A DNA stretch of 64,000 nt from Lytechinus pictus (Eukaryota). Under the pieces are notes generated by a model. That model did not search any database. It was not told the origin of the DNA and saw only the letters and a list, made by a program, of their open reading frames with translations. Within the stretch, counting starts at the first letter, position 1; every line of letters starts with the position of its first letter. The DNA is taken from assembly GCF_037042905.1 (NCBI RefSeq), contig NC_087251.1, positions 43,836,001 through 43,900,000 of the forward strand, read 5' to 3'. This document shows positions 1 through 11,398 of the stretch, piece by piece. Both the position numbers and the translations under genes were made by a program.

Positions 1-296
1 CCCACCCTCTGCGTCCATGAAAACGACAATCTTTTGACCACGTCTGAAAGATTGAGCACTGCATCCGCGAAGACGTGGTATCGTCATCTGGAGCATACCT
101 TCGCTATCTTCAAGCGTGGCCGGTAGAACCCCACGAAGAGGATCAACTGATTCTATAGAGTAGGACATGGAATTGTCTTGGCTGTCGATGTCTGAAATGA
201 TCGCGATGAAAACGCGTTCTTTGGGTCGAAGTATGTCGGTACAAGTTGACGAGATTCGGTCACTCCTGTGTTTCAAGTTGCAATGGCATTGAGGGT
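1..296 (-). CDS. Galaxin-like protein exon 13 (partial), putative NTR/C345C/TIMP-like domain
   Basis: ttttgcag acceptor; open to the window edge: DPQCHCNLKHRSDRISSTCTDILRPKERVFIAIISDIDSQDNSMSYSIESVDPLRG...GCSAQSFRRGQKIVVFMD. Confidence 0.8.
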
Positions 297-722
297 CTGC
301 AAAATTAAATACAAACAAAATAAATGACCGATTAAAAATAAAAAGTAACTCGAAGGATATCACATCTTCCGAAGTACACACTAATAATGAAGTTGCAGTT
401 ACTAATATTTTTTTAAGTGTAAGCTAATAGAGTTCTTTGTTCTCGTGAGTATTTTTTTTTTTTTGGGGGGGGGTCTTATATTCGGGGATAAAATAGTAGA
501 AAGCATAGAAAACTTCATTTCTAAGGTGTAAGTAAACAGGTATAAGAAAATGGCACCGTTTGCTATCAGAATATCCAATCGGATTCTTACTCATGTTAAT
601 GGGGGAGGGTGGCCGGGCTCGTTTTTTTTGTGTGTGTGGTTATTTGTGTATAATGAAGGTACACAGATATGTTATGAAGAAACAGTTCCCATCCCACCTC
701 TCCATGTGATTCGAATCTTTAC

Positions 723-1753
723 CTTGTGCGGATGACTCGTTTGGACATGTCTCTCCTCGAGGGCTGATAGTGTAATCGTCACAGCAAGTCTCCTTCGATG
801 GTTGGTAGTAAGAAGCACCACAGCATTCGGCACCGTTAACCTTGTCATGCAACTCTCCTTGACAGCAGTCAAAGCGAGTAGGATTGTACGGAGTGTCCAC
901 GCAACAAGACGTCTTGCCACTGGACGCATCCGATGGTCGACCATTGCAGCATATGAAGTCATCCCGAAGATCGAATACAAAGTTACCACAGCAGGTCTGT
1001 GTCAACGCGTCGTACTCCTGCTCGTCACACAGTAAACGGATATCTACCCCGTTGTTGACCTCCTCTTCTCCTGCATCAGGTATGATGTATTCTGTAACAA
1101 GTGGTGTGATGGTATCAGAATCAGAGCACATCTCTATTGTAACATTGAAAATCTTGGAACCGCAACAGTCTTGTTCTGAAGAGGAAAACGACACTCCACC
1201 GCAGCATCCAAAATCATCGTTTTGCATGTGTACCTCCCCGCCACAACAAGTCTCGATGTAGGTATTGATGACGTTACCACCGCAGCATTCGTTGGGGTCT
1301 CCTTGGAGGAGGGGGATACCGTTACAGCATGTCTGGTAGTGAGTGTCGATCAGTTCACCACCACAGCATTCGATGTGGTGTCCCTGGAGATTTGGCCAGA
1401 CCATACCTCCGCAGCAGATCTCCTCGTCCGGGTTCCTCACAATGTCAATGCCGCAGCATTCGCCATCAGCGACAAACTTGTGCTCGACGCCACCACAGCA
1501 CGTATGTTGGGAGCTCTGATACGTATCAGCATCACAACAAGATATAGCATGTTCTGCCATTCTGGACTGGGTAAAGGGGAAGAGGTCATTCATACAACAG
1601 CTCTCTGTGCGAGGATCGTACGTCATATCACCACAGCATTGAAGTCCAGCTTGTCCTTGGCTGAGGTATCCATTGCAACATACGCTGGTAAGGTCATCTG
1701 ACTCATAGGTCTGGGTACCGCAACATTCTGTCCTATCACTTGCTCGGGTATGT
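723..1753 (-). CDS. Galaxin-like protein exon 12 (large repeat exon)
   Basis: Core of ORF 640..1770 with about 10 CC..CC repeats and an acidic linker; CAG acceptor, GTAAAG donor. Confidence 0.92.
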
Positions 1754-2095
1754 CTGTGAATCGGATACAAAGGAATAATTTATTTATCATCAGTGACATC
1801 GAGACCCATGTACGATAAAACGCAGTTCTATTAATTGAATAAATAAATGCATCACTTTCCAAAAATATAAACCTTGATTAAGTACTCTCCCAAAAAGCAT
1901 ACATGCTGTCATGGGGAGAAATTTGAAATGTTGAAACTATCACACACAGAACTCAGATGGTAAAAAAAAATATTTTTATACTTGTAAGACGGGTTCCAGA
2001 ACCACTTCGAGCGTTCAAGTTACATGTTAAACTGGTTTCCACTAAACTGTTTCCATAAAACTAGTTTAAGAAAGGAGATGAGAAGGGGTTCTTAC

Positions 2096-2324
2096 ATGAC
2101 TCCATTGCAGCAGATCTGGTCGGTGCCATCATAAGCTTGGTCATTACAGCATTCTCCGTCTGCTATGGCAAATACCCATCCTTCACACACGGTCTCGGTA
2201 GCCGGGTTAAAAGCAGTAAAACCATCGCACTCATCTCGACCACCGTATCGTTCATGGAGATATCCATCGCAACAAATCTGGCTGGTAGGGTCCGTCAGAA
2301 GGTTATACCCACAGCAGGATGCAT
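2096..2324 (-). CDS. Galaxin-like protein exon 11
   Basis: DASCCGYNLLTDPTSQICCDGYLH...YDGTDQICCNGV; TAG acceptor, GTAAG donor; not in the ORF track. Confidence 0.9.
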
Positions 2325-2529
2325 CTAATATTTCAAATCAAAGGAAAGAAAGATTCTAGTTATTTCAAGTTTAAAGGGACATCGCGTGATACAACCTATT
2401 CCATAAGACCACCCTAGTCCATGGAAAGACCAGATTCTTTGATAGCAGGCTGTTTAATTTTTAGTCAGTGGAACTAATTATTATTATTTCGGATTTCCGT
2501 TTTCGAATGAAGCCAGGATAAAAACTTAC

Positions 2530-2825
2530 CACTATTTGTAATTTGATGAATATTTCCATTACAGCACTTCTCTGTGGCTGGATCAAAAGCATAAAGACCG
2601 CAGCACTCTCCGTTCTCCGAACCTCGAGGTAAGGGTGTTGGGAAGCCCATGCAACATAGTTCACCAGCTCCAAGAAGTTGTTGACCACAGCAAACGTTTT
2701 CATCGGGATGGTATGGGATGTCCCCGCAGAGCTCTGGGTAGTCTTCGACCTCGTCTAAAGGTCGGATGGTTCCGCTCTGGTCACACATATGCGTCAAGGT
2801 GCTGTAGGCATGGTTTCGGCAGCAT
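2530..2825 (-). CDS. Galaxin-like protein exon 10
   Basis: CCRNHAYSTLTHMC...FDPATEKCCNGNIHQITNS; CAG acceptor, GTAAGT donor. Confidence 0.9.
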
Positions 2826-3055
2826 CTGTACGGAATCAAAAGTGGAGTGCTACAATTCTTTGAAGAATAAGAGATTTTCTTTATTTCAATATATCATATT
2901 ACTGAATAAGGTGAGAAAAAAAACCTGGATACCTGAGTACGTGGTTGAGATTTGAAGATAAAAAAATTGTAAGCCTTAAACAACAGTGGCAGTGGTAGTT
3001 TTTGTATATTATTCTTTGTTGTTGTAATGAGAACTTAACCCAGATGGCTCCTTAC

Positions 3056-3285
3056 CCAGATTCGAAAGACGGGATATCGTGGACGGTTGCCATGCAGCAC
3101 GTTTGGAGAGCAGGTATGAAAGATATGATGGTTCCTGGACAACACTCCCTTTCGTAGCCATCTTCGTCAAATCGCCCCCTGATGAAATCGTCGCAACACA
3201 CCTCCGCTGTCGGGTCATAGATCTCAATGCCACAAACCGCCAGGTTCCGTGCTAAAACTTCGATACCACCGTCTTCCATGCATAC
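3056..3285 (-). CDS. Galaxin-like protein exon 9
   Basis: VCMEDGGIEV...YDPTAEVCCDD...PSFES; CAG acceptor, GTAAG donor. Confidence 0.88.
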
Positions 3286-3624
3286 CTGATATGGAGAAAA
3301 GAAGAGGAAACAGAAAACAAGGTTACAACTAGTATTTAAAGACTTTTTAAAGGATATTCAGTTGTTAGAAAGCGTCTTCTTTGGATCTCCTATGGAATTT
3401 AGGAGCATCTACTTTAATCCTAAGGTCGATTTCTGATAGAAGTAACACGCTCAAAAATCCTTCCGATTGTGCTGGATTCGGGGCAACTCATTAATCTGTT
3501 GACTACTGGTTTCAGTCATTCACAAAGGCTTTTAAAGGGATTCACCCAGTTCCAGTTGGTAATGAGGTAATAACATTCTTTTGAAAACGTTTCATTGGGA
3601 ATAGTTTGATCAACTATACCTTAC

Positions 3625-3785
3625 CTGAGTTGCAGTGTTGTATGTGACATCGAAGCATATTGCATCATCAGTCTCAATCGTTTTGAAAACAGCATATTGC
3701 CCGATAGGATCACAGAGTTCGTTCGCTGATAGGATGCGTGAATCACAGCATTGACCTTCACCAGTCGGTACATGGTGCAAAGTAT
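3625..3785 (-). CDS. Galaxin-like protein exon 8
   Basis: DTLHHVPTGEGQCCDS...YNTATQ; CAG acceptor, GTAAGG donor. Confidence 0.88.
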
Positions 3786-4043
3786 CTGAGGTTAAGAAAG
3801 AAATCACGTTAATTTAGAGTCAAAGGGGAGGGGTAATAAAAATGGAAACGTTAAGAAAACTACTCGATCTTCAATCGTTGCTCATGGTGTCATTTGCTTC
3901 TTTTGTCAGTTTGGTACAAAGTGTGTGAAAGCATACTCATCGTTTCATCTGTATCTTCAGTTTTGTTTTAAATCCACTTCGATATTCCCCATTTACAAAC
4001 CAAGTTAAGTAATTTGTTCATCAGTTATAACAACACTTCTTAC

Positions 4044-4274
4044 CTTCAAGCAGCCCTCGGCAACATGTTGCTTGAGATGGGTCATAGGCCTGAACAGTAC
4101 CGCAACACTCGCCATCGATGATATCGTCAAAGCTTCGACTGGCGCAGCACGTTTGGCTTGTTGGATCGTAGGTTGACAGGCCACAGCACTCCTCAGACGG
4201 GGATGACTTCTCCAAGATGGCGGTTGGCTCGTCATTAGACCCACAACATAACTCAATCGAGGAGTTGTATGTTT
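4044..4274 (-). CDS. Galaxin-like protein exon 7
   Basis: ETYNSSIELCC...YDPSQATCCRGLLE; CAG acceptor, GTAAGA donor. Confidence 0.9.
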
Positions 4275-4697
4275 CTGTAGAAATCATGATCAGTGGATGA
4301 GGAAAACAATTATTTCAATACTGTTGTCGAGTAAGAAGAATGCTAAAGGGCCTATGAATATTAGGAGAATCTCTTCATAAATGTCCTTATAATTCATGTC
4401 GTTGTTAAGTAAAGTAAGTTTTTTAGTTTAGTATTAAGTTCAGCTTAAGTTTATTCAACCAATTATAAGTAAATATCGAGTCTGAACGGGAATCTATAAA
4501 TTATTTCAGATATCAAAAACCTCATACTGGTAAACGCATTATTCTAATTTATTTATTTATTGATTGATTGGTATTTTTTTTTCATTTTTATCATCAAGAC
4601 ACTGTCAAACATTAAAAAAAGGATCTTACGGAGAAGTTTGATTTGAGTAGATTTATATCGAATGAAGAGAAACTGATGTGTCTTTTCTCGTACGTAC

Positions 4698-4898
4698 CCT
4701 CTCCACAGCACGCTACGTTTTCTTCTCTCTCGTAGAGGGTGTCCTGGCAACAAATGTGGTTTGTCTTGAAGAAGGACTCATCTCCGCAACACGCTTGTAC
4801 ATTAGGTAACTCGGGGATTCCCCGGAACAGATTGTTATTACAGCAAGATGACTGAGAAGCCAGATACGATTCGGATCCACAGCATTTAGCTCCGTTAT
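4698..4898 (-). CDS. Galaxin-like protein exon 6
   Basis: DNGAKCCGSESYLASQSSCC...VACCGE; CAG acceptor, GTACGT donor. Confidence 0.88.
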
Positions 4899-5249
4899 CT
4901 GTTGAACAAAGATAAATCATTAAAAAATATTACAAATCCCATCTTTATTGATGATGTCAGTGTCATAATTTTTGAGTTTGTTGTATTTAAATTATATGCA
5001 TGACATGATGCAAATATAAGTATATCCGGTACCGTATATAGGATCACCCTCATAGCATTTACCTTCCATTTTCTAATCGTCACACAAATTATAGAGATTG
5101 TCAACATTCCTGGTTTTGAGGTTTTCTGCTCTAGATAACATGTCACTAAGTCAAGGTATCACACATCGCTAAAGTATAAACCCGCACAAATAGTAAATGA
5201 TCCCTATAAAAAAATAATATGAAGTAGGATGAGGTTGTTGCTTACATAC

Positions 5250-5391
5250 CTGAAGAGTGGACATGGCCATGGCAACAGAGTTGTGAGCTGGGGTTGTAAG
5301 GTAATCTGTCGCTGCAACACATCTCAGTCATGACATTGTAGGTCGAGTTACCGCAGCACTCGGTCAATGAGTCCCTATTGTCGTGTGCCAC
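5250..5391 (-). CDS. Galaxin-like protein exon 5
   Basis: VAHDNRDSLTECCGNSTYNVMTEMCCSDRLPYNPSSQLCCHGHVHSS; TAG acceptor, GTATGT donor; not in the ORF track. Confidence 0.9.
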
Positions 5392-5669
5392 CTACGATAT
5401 AAAAAGTTAATGTTTGTGTCATCAGTGAGCAAACCACACCAAAATATATTCCTATCAATTCATTTTTGTGAGGGAGAATTTCCTGTACTTTGATCATTTA
5501 TTAAGAAAAGATAACTCTAGGCTTTCTCAATTCAATTTTATGTATTAAGGTGCAACATGCAACCATGATAAAACATGAAAGCATTATCTATGGTTATGAT
5601 GCGTTTACAAAGACGGTGATTCTTTAACATATTTCATACTGTAGATCGTATGATAATTCAAGTGCTTAC

Positions 5670-5830
5670 CCCATCACAACAGATTTCATATCTTGGGTCA
5701 ATAACTCTGTCTCCACAGCACTGACCAACGCCAGAAAGTGTTGCCATGGTTATATCTCCATCTTCCTCTACTGGACAGCATGACTCCTCGTCTGTATTGT
5801 ATGTTGCTGACCCGCAGCAATCAAATTGAC
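5670..5830 (-). CDS. Galaxin-like protein exon 4
   Basis: GQFDCCGSATYNTDEESCC...YEICCDG; AG acceptor, GTAAGC donor. Confidence 0.9.
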
Positions 5831-5887
5831 CTGATAGTGAAAGAAAAAAAAAAGTGAATTCCGATATCTTACACGATATGATATGCA

Positions 5888-6230
5888 ACTACTTATACTA
5901 CCGCTAATACTACAGTACTACTATTACTGCTACCACAGTTAGTACTACTTTTACTGCTACCAGTATACTTGCACAGATTTTACTATTATTGCTGCAACTT
6001 GATTTACCACTAATATTACTATTACTGCTACCACTTAAACTACCACTTAAACTTCTTTTAATGCTACCACTTAAACTACCACTGCTAATACTACTACTGC
6101 TACTAATTTTACTACAGCTAATACTACTACTGCTTCTACCACTGTTGCCACTGCTATACTACTACTACTACTTCTGCCGCTACTACTGTAGCTACAATGT
6201 ACTGCCGATGCTACTGCAGCCATCACTGTT
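5888..6230. repeat. Degenerate (TAC)n microsatellite in an intron
   Basis: Directly visible. Confidence 0.9.
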
Positions 6231-6273
6231 TCTACAACTCCTTATTTTTCTAAGTCATATCCTGTATCCATAC

Positions 6274-6426
6274 CGTTTGTATTAGAATGGATGTGAAAGC
6301 CACAACAGATCGAGGTATCTGGGTTGTACCACTGTGTAAAACCACAGCATCGTTCGCCCTCTGATTTCCCCTTCACCTCACCACCACAACAGATCGCATC
6401 TTTAGGGTTGTAAATTCTGTCACCAC
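6274..6426 (-). CDS. Galaxin-like protein exon 3
   Basis: CGDRIYNPKDAICCGGEVKGKSEGERCCGFTQWYNPDTSICC; AG acceptor, GTATGG donor. Confidence 0.9.
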
Positions 6427-6916
6427 CTGTAATAATTAAAAATTTGAAAATATCATGTTTGATAATGAGCAATGACGGCCTGAAAGTCATGAAAACGCAA
6501 CTATAATGTATCAATATTACTATTACCCTTCAGTTTTTCTTTGTTTTATTGGGATGTCGTCTTGTTACTTGAGCGTTTCATTTATACTCTTGTATCTCTG
6601 CTCCGATGTCTTGGTTTTTCATTGTCTAATATATTATTGCCTATTTTTTCATTATTATTAATAATCAGTCTTTCACGATAACTTGTACATATAATTTTTG
6701 TATTTGATGAATTAATAAATCTCTTTGAGTTGAATCATTACAAACGATTTGCAATAATTGATAAGCCCTGTATCATCGGCATCATTTGAATTGATCATCA
6801 TGATTACTTCTACCCAATGATCAATAGTATCATCATCGTCACCACTCACGATCGCCGCCACCACCATCACCACCACCACTACTACAAACAGTACCATCAA
6901 CACCACCAATACCACC

Positions 6917-7082
6917 TAGTCTGCTGGGCAAACCCTTCACTCGAGTTAAGGGTCTGAATGTGCAGCCTTATCATGCCTTGTCGTGTACTGAAGGCCTCAC
7001 AGCAAGTTTTGTATGTGCTAGTCTTTGCGTGGAGACACACTTGTTGATCAAAGTTTCAATCAGGGTCTGTGCCTGCAGACTA
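6917..7082. mobile_element. TAG-terminated (Academ-like) MITE; inverted copy at 22293-22452
   Basis: TAGTCTGC...GCAGACTA termini; the two copies are reverse complements. Confidence 0.75.
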
Positions 7083-7205
7083 AATACCACCTACACCAAC
7101 ACCACCCACATGAAACTACCAACCATCCTCCACCACGAACACCAACTCCATCACTACAACCAACACCACCATCAACACCTTCACCACCATCAACGCCCTA
7201 CTTAC

Positions 7206-7343
7206 AGCAAAGAGGACGATTACCCCTTCCTCCTTGGTATATGTTTCCACCACAGCACACCTCTGTAGCAACGTTGTACCGTCTGTTTTCACCCGTTGAC
7301 GGGTTCGGACATAGTCCATTTTTCGCCTCTGCGTTTCCTGCCA
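7206..7343 (-). CDS. Galaxin-like protein exon 2
   Basis: tttcttcag acceptor, GTAAG donor; LAGNAEAKNGLCPNPSTGENRRYNVATEVCCGGNIY. Confidence 0.88.
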
Positions 7344-10300
7344 CTGAAGAAATAAAATCAAACTTACATGATTAAATTTGTTATCAACATTTGGGATTTA
7401 AGAGCATTGATTGAATTTCTGCCAACATCATTTGTTTTCTGTCATACCCATATCGAAATATTTATTAGCAATGTAGTATGCCTCGCATTTGAGTCTTGGA
7501 TCGCTTGTTGGAATGCTCCCCAGGGAGTGGAGAAAGTACATACATTCTGTGCGGGCATGTCAGGATCCGATGACCGATATATATTAAAACTGTTTTTGTT
7601 GGAAAAGTACCATCATGAACGTCTTTGAATGGTGTGTGCGCTCTTCTAATAAATCCATATCATTATTATTATTTAGAATTTTTCATTTTTCAAACCTTTC
7701 TGTGTGCCCTATTATTCTCTGACGAAAGTCATCTTCAGGAATTTTGAAGTCACATCAATTTTAGAATAACGGGTGAAATTTGTTCATGGTTTCTTTATTT
7801 ATTAAAATGAGGAGAGCACGACGGTGCCCGTTCGCTTTTCCTAAATTCCCCCGAAATGTTACCCTTACGTCAAATCAGGGATAAATATAAAATAAAGAGT
7901 GAGACATTAATTAGTTTGCGGGGTATCCCTCTTCTTCCGGCGTTCCCCTTTTTCGTGACATATCTAAAAATAGATCCAGTACAATAGGGAGACCAAAAAC
8001 ACCGAATAAGGAAAAAAACCCATGGAGTTGAATGCAATTGAACAAACACTTTTGTAAACAACCTTTAGACACGTCAGAATAAATACAGAACTAACTGGGT
8101 TGCTATCACATTGAATAAACAAAAAGTTTGCGAACAGCGTTTTTTTTTAACTCGTCGTTTTTTTAAATAACTTTTAAGGAGTTCCGTTTAGGGTAATTTT
8201 ACTACCTCCTATTTACATGAATATGTTTCAAATGTGTATTATCCCTTTTAATCCCCATTTTATAGGACAGTGCTTTGTGAGATAACTTATTGTGAGATAT
8301 TGTAGGCTTACAGGAATTTAATGCGCGATGAGGAAACATGAGTATGAAAATACGAATCTCTTTGTAGTGTTTCGGAAGTCTATATGCGCGATTTTCCCCA
8401 GGGTATATAATTATGATAATATCAAAAGCTAAACCAGGTAAAAGTAAAATTGAAACACCATGGTACATAAACACCAAGGTACATGCATAAAAATAATCAT
8501 AATTCAAAATCACACTATTTCAAATCACATAATTATGTCGCGTTTTTTTACAGACTACATTATTTGAGATAGTTCTCAAAGCAAGAATTTTCCAGAACTA
8601 TTCCGTTCTAAGGAGACAGATCGGTTGGGTGTATATAGGCTAAATGTCAGACGAAAACAAACAGAAATCATTACTTGGTGGAAAATCCCAAAGGTTTAAC
8701 TTTGATGGGGGGTACTAACCGTATTATAATGTTCAACTCTTCGAAGCGTGATCTGATTTCTGTGTCTGTAGTCTAAAATATTCCACCTTAATCATATATC
8801 GTTTTGCCTCCCAAGGGAATGACGAATTTTTCCTATGCAATGTATATGCAATTTACCTCAAGCTGAGAAAAAGAATAATTTACATTTGATGGCTGTAAAC
8901 GCTTGCATTCGTGAAAATTAAATGAATAAATGATTATTAATAATCACGAATGGGGAGATCACAATGGTAGGCTCGACCCGCCCCCTCGGTGCTTACGTCA
9001 CAATTGCATTGATCAATGTACAACAAAGGTTATGACGTAGGCTATTCATTAAAACGGTTCATTGATTTGGGGGAATCATGTGAAATCGAGATGTATTGGT
9101 GAAAGGCAGTGGGGAATTTTCCACAACCAGAACTCTATCCTACTATTGTCGCGTTATTTTAAACATTCAAAATAAAAAAAAATGCTTCTGAAAATGAATT
9201 GGCACTTTTTTATTATCAATCTCATTTCAAACTGCTCAAAGCAAGAACGATTTTTCTTAACTGTTTTATTTATTTTACATTTCGTTTCTCTTTCACATTT
9301 GAAATTTAAATGAGGTGTGAGAAATATCTTTTATTCATATTTGAAGGTCATGTGACCAGAGACAATATTCACCTATGATAAAAACGAATGGCATTTTGTG
9401 ATTTTAATATTTCAGTTTCATTTTAGCTAACTTCTAAAAGGAAACCTTGGATAATTGTCTTTAGATTGTGTTGAAAATAAGATTGAATCAATATAAAAAG
9501 TGAAATGAAAACAACGAGCAAACAAGCACAAAAAACTAATATTCTAAACAATTGAAATCGATGAATTATTTGGTTTTGGGAGGATATTATACATACTTTC
9601 AAATTTAATTTTCTGCTGTATACATTTAAACTGCATCTATAATAAGGGCAAAGTCTAATTCCCCCAATTTTTTTTTCATTCCTTCAATATTAGAACATTA
9701 TGAGCGTGGATCGTGAGTAAGTTAAATAAGAGATTGAGAGTGAATACATTTTGTTAATTTAATTTACAATTCTTCCACCAAACTAAGAACTTGATTTAAG
9801 GATATTATATTGTGACGATAATAAGTATTAATTATAATAATAATAATAATAATATTATTAATATTAGTAGTAGTAGCGTTATCATTATTATTATCAGTAG
9901 TAGTAGTAGAAGGAGGAGAAGTAGTATAGTAGTAGTCGTAGTCTTAGTAGTAATGATATCATTATTTATTTTTGTTGCTTTTTTTAAAGAAATTAAAACA
10001 TTAAAGAAAGAGAGAACGGTTTCTTTATTAACTTTCGTGTCGACAAACATAACTTTAAATACAGATCTTGAAACCTACTTCGTATTATCGTGTTAAAAAA
10101 AAATGAAATTCCGATGATGAGGGATGAGATTATCTTCCGACAAGTGTCAGGTCTGATAACTTTCTCTATTAATTTTTGATGGCTCAGAAGCACGGGTGCC
10201 TGACGGTCACCACTTCAATATTGGTGATTTCAAGTTCAGTGTTGACCTTTTGATGTTGGTGTTAGGTCCATTTTTACACGATTATAACAGCAAACATACA

Positions 10301-10624
10301 ATGAAGATGGTCCCGAAAAGTCACTCACTACATAGTTGTTGAGATGTCAATTATGTGATCTGGATCAGTTTTACAAACTCTGAATAGGTTTTGGAGCTAG
10401 GGGAAGCAATCCAAATTTCAACACCAACACCGAGGCCAACACCAGACTTGAAATCACCCAATTGTCGGATAAATCATAATCTGTCAGGTATATATCATCC
10501 AACAAGTCCTTGCGTAATCAGATAATACGCTCCCAACGTCGCCCTACCTAAAGCATGAAATCGCATTTAATTATGGGGGAGTGCCACATGCAAATTTGTA
10601 TGTTATCTCTGACCCCACCCCGCC

Positions 10625-10626
<2 letters not shown>

Positions 10627-10672
<46 letters not shown>
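10627..10672. repeat. (CA)n microsatellite
   Basis: Directly visible. Confidence 0.97.
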
Positions 10673-10676
<4 letters not shown>

Positions 10677-11340
10677 CCCTCTCTCTCTTTGCATTATTTC
10701 AATTCGTCCTGGTATTTTGATAATTTAGTCATCCTCTATTGCATAACGTCTCACCACCAAGTTGCAATGATGTACATGTATTTCGAAATTTACACTAAAT
10801 AATACTACTGGCGGTGACAAATTACTAAACATGTTGAAACATATATATATATATATATTTATATCTCGAGATGGATGCATCATAGTTGTGCAAGACTACT
10901 AATATTAATATTAAACAAACAAAAACAGGCTTATTGACATGCAGATAGCTTTTTAAATATGAAGTAACTTCTTAAGAAGTTCTCCGGATCAATAATGTAT
11001 TGTAGTCACGTGATTTTCTAAATAAAATGACAATCTGACTTGACATAAATGACCTAAAAAGTAAGTTCACATCTCTTATTCTCAGGAATTATTATTTCTT
11101 TTTATTTCAACTCATCATTTTGTAGCTGTGTTTGTACACATGTGAGCCTTCGTAAGCACATAGGGGCGTACGGCTCCAATTTCTCTCCGAGAGTCAAATG
11201 ATATAGGTGCCGTTGCCCAGGGATACCAATATATTGATAAGATTTCGGTTCCGTGTCAATTGATTCCGATCTATAAAAAAATTGTCGAGATGCCCATAAT
11301 TTCAAAACAATAATCTAAGGAAGGAAAAATTGATACTTAC

Positions 11341-11398
11341 ATGATGCAGCGATGATGAATGTCACTGTAATATAGTTGATATAGATGAAAGATGTCAT
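11341..11398 (-). CDS. Galaxin-like protein exon 1 (signal peptide MTSFIYINYITVTFIIAAS)
   Basis: ATG at 11398, hydrophobic stretch, GTAAGT donor; phase 1 joins exon 2 to give ...AASLAGNAEA/KN. Confidence 0.8.

Larger units (their letters stand above)
1..11398 (-). other. Multi-exon gene: secreted galaxin-like Cys-Cys repeat protein with putative C-terminal NTR/TIMP-like domain; 3' end beyond window
   Basis: 13 exons with GT-AG sites and compatible phases total 3327 nt (1109 codons, no stop). Signal peptide, then repeats of CCGxxxY[DN]PxxxxCCx[GN]x[VIL]H. Confidence 0.9.

Noticed and set aside
640..722. Hydrophobic tail of ORF 640..1770 as a membrane or GPI isoform
   Set aside because: It is read-through past a good donor at 722, and the next exon continues in phase. 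No evidence for intron retention.
5989..7375. Leu-, His- and Pro-rich ORFs on the + strand
   Set aside because: Translations of intronic microsatellites and a MITE.
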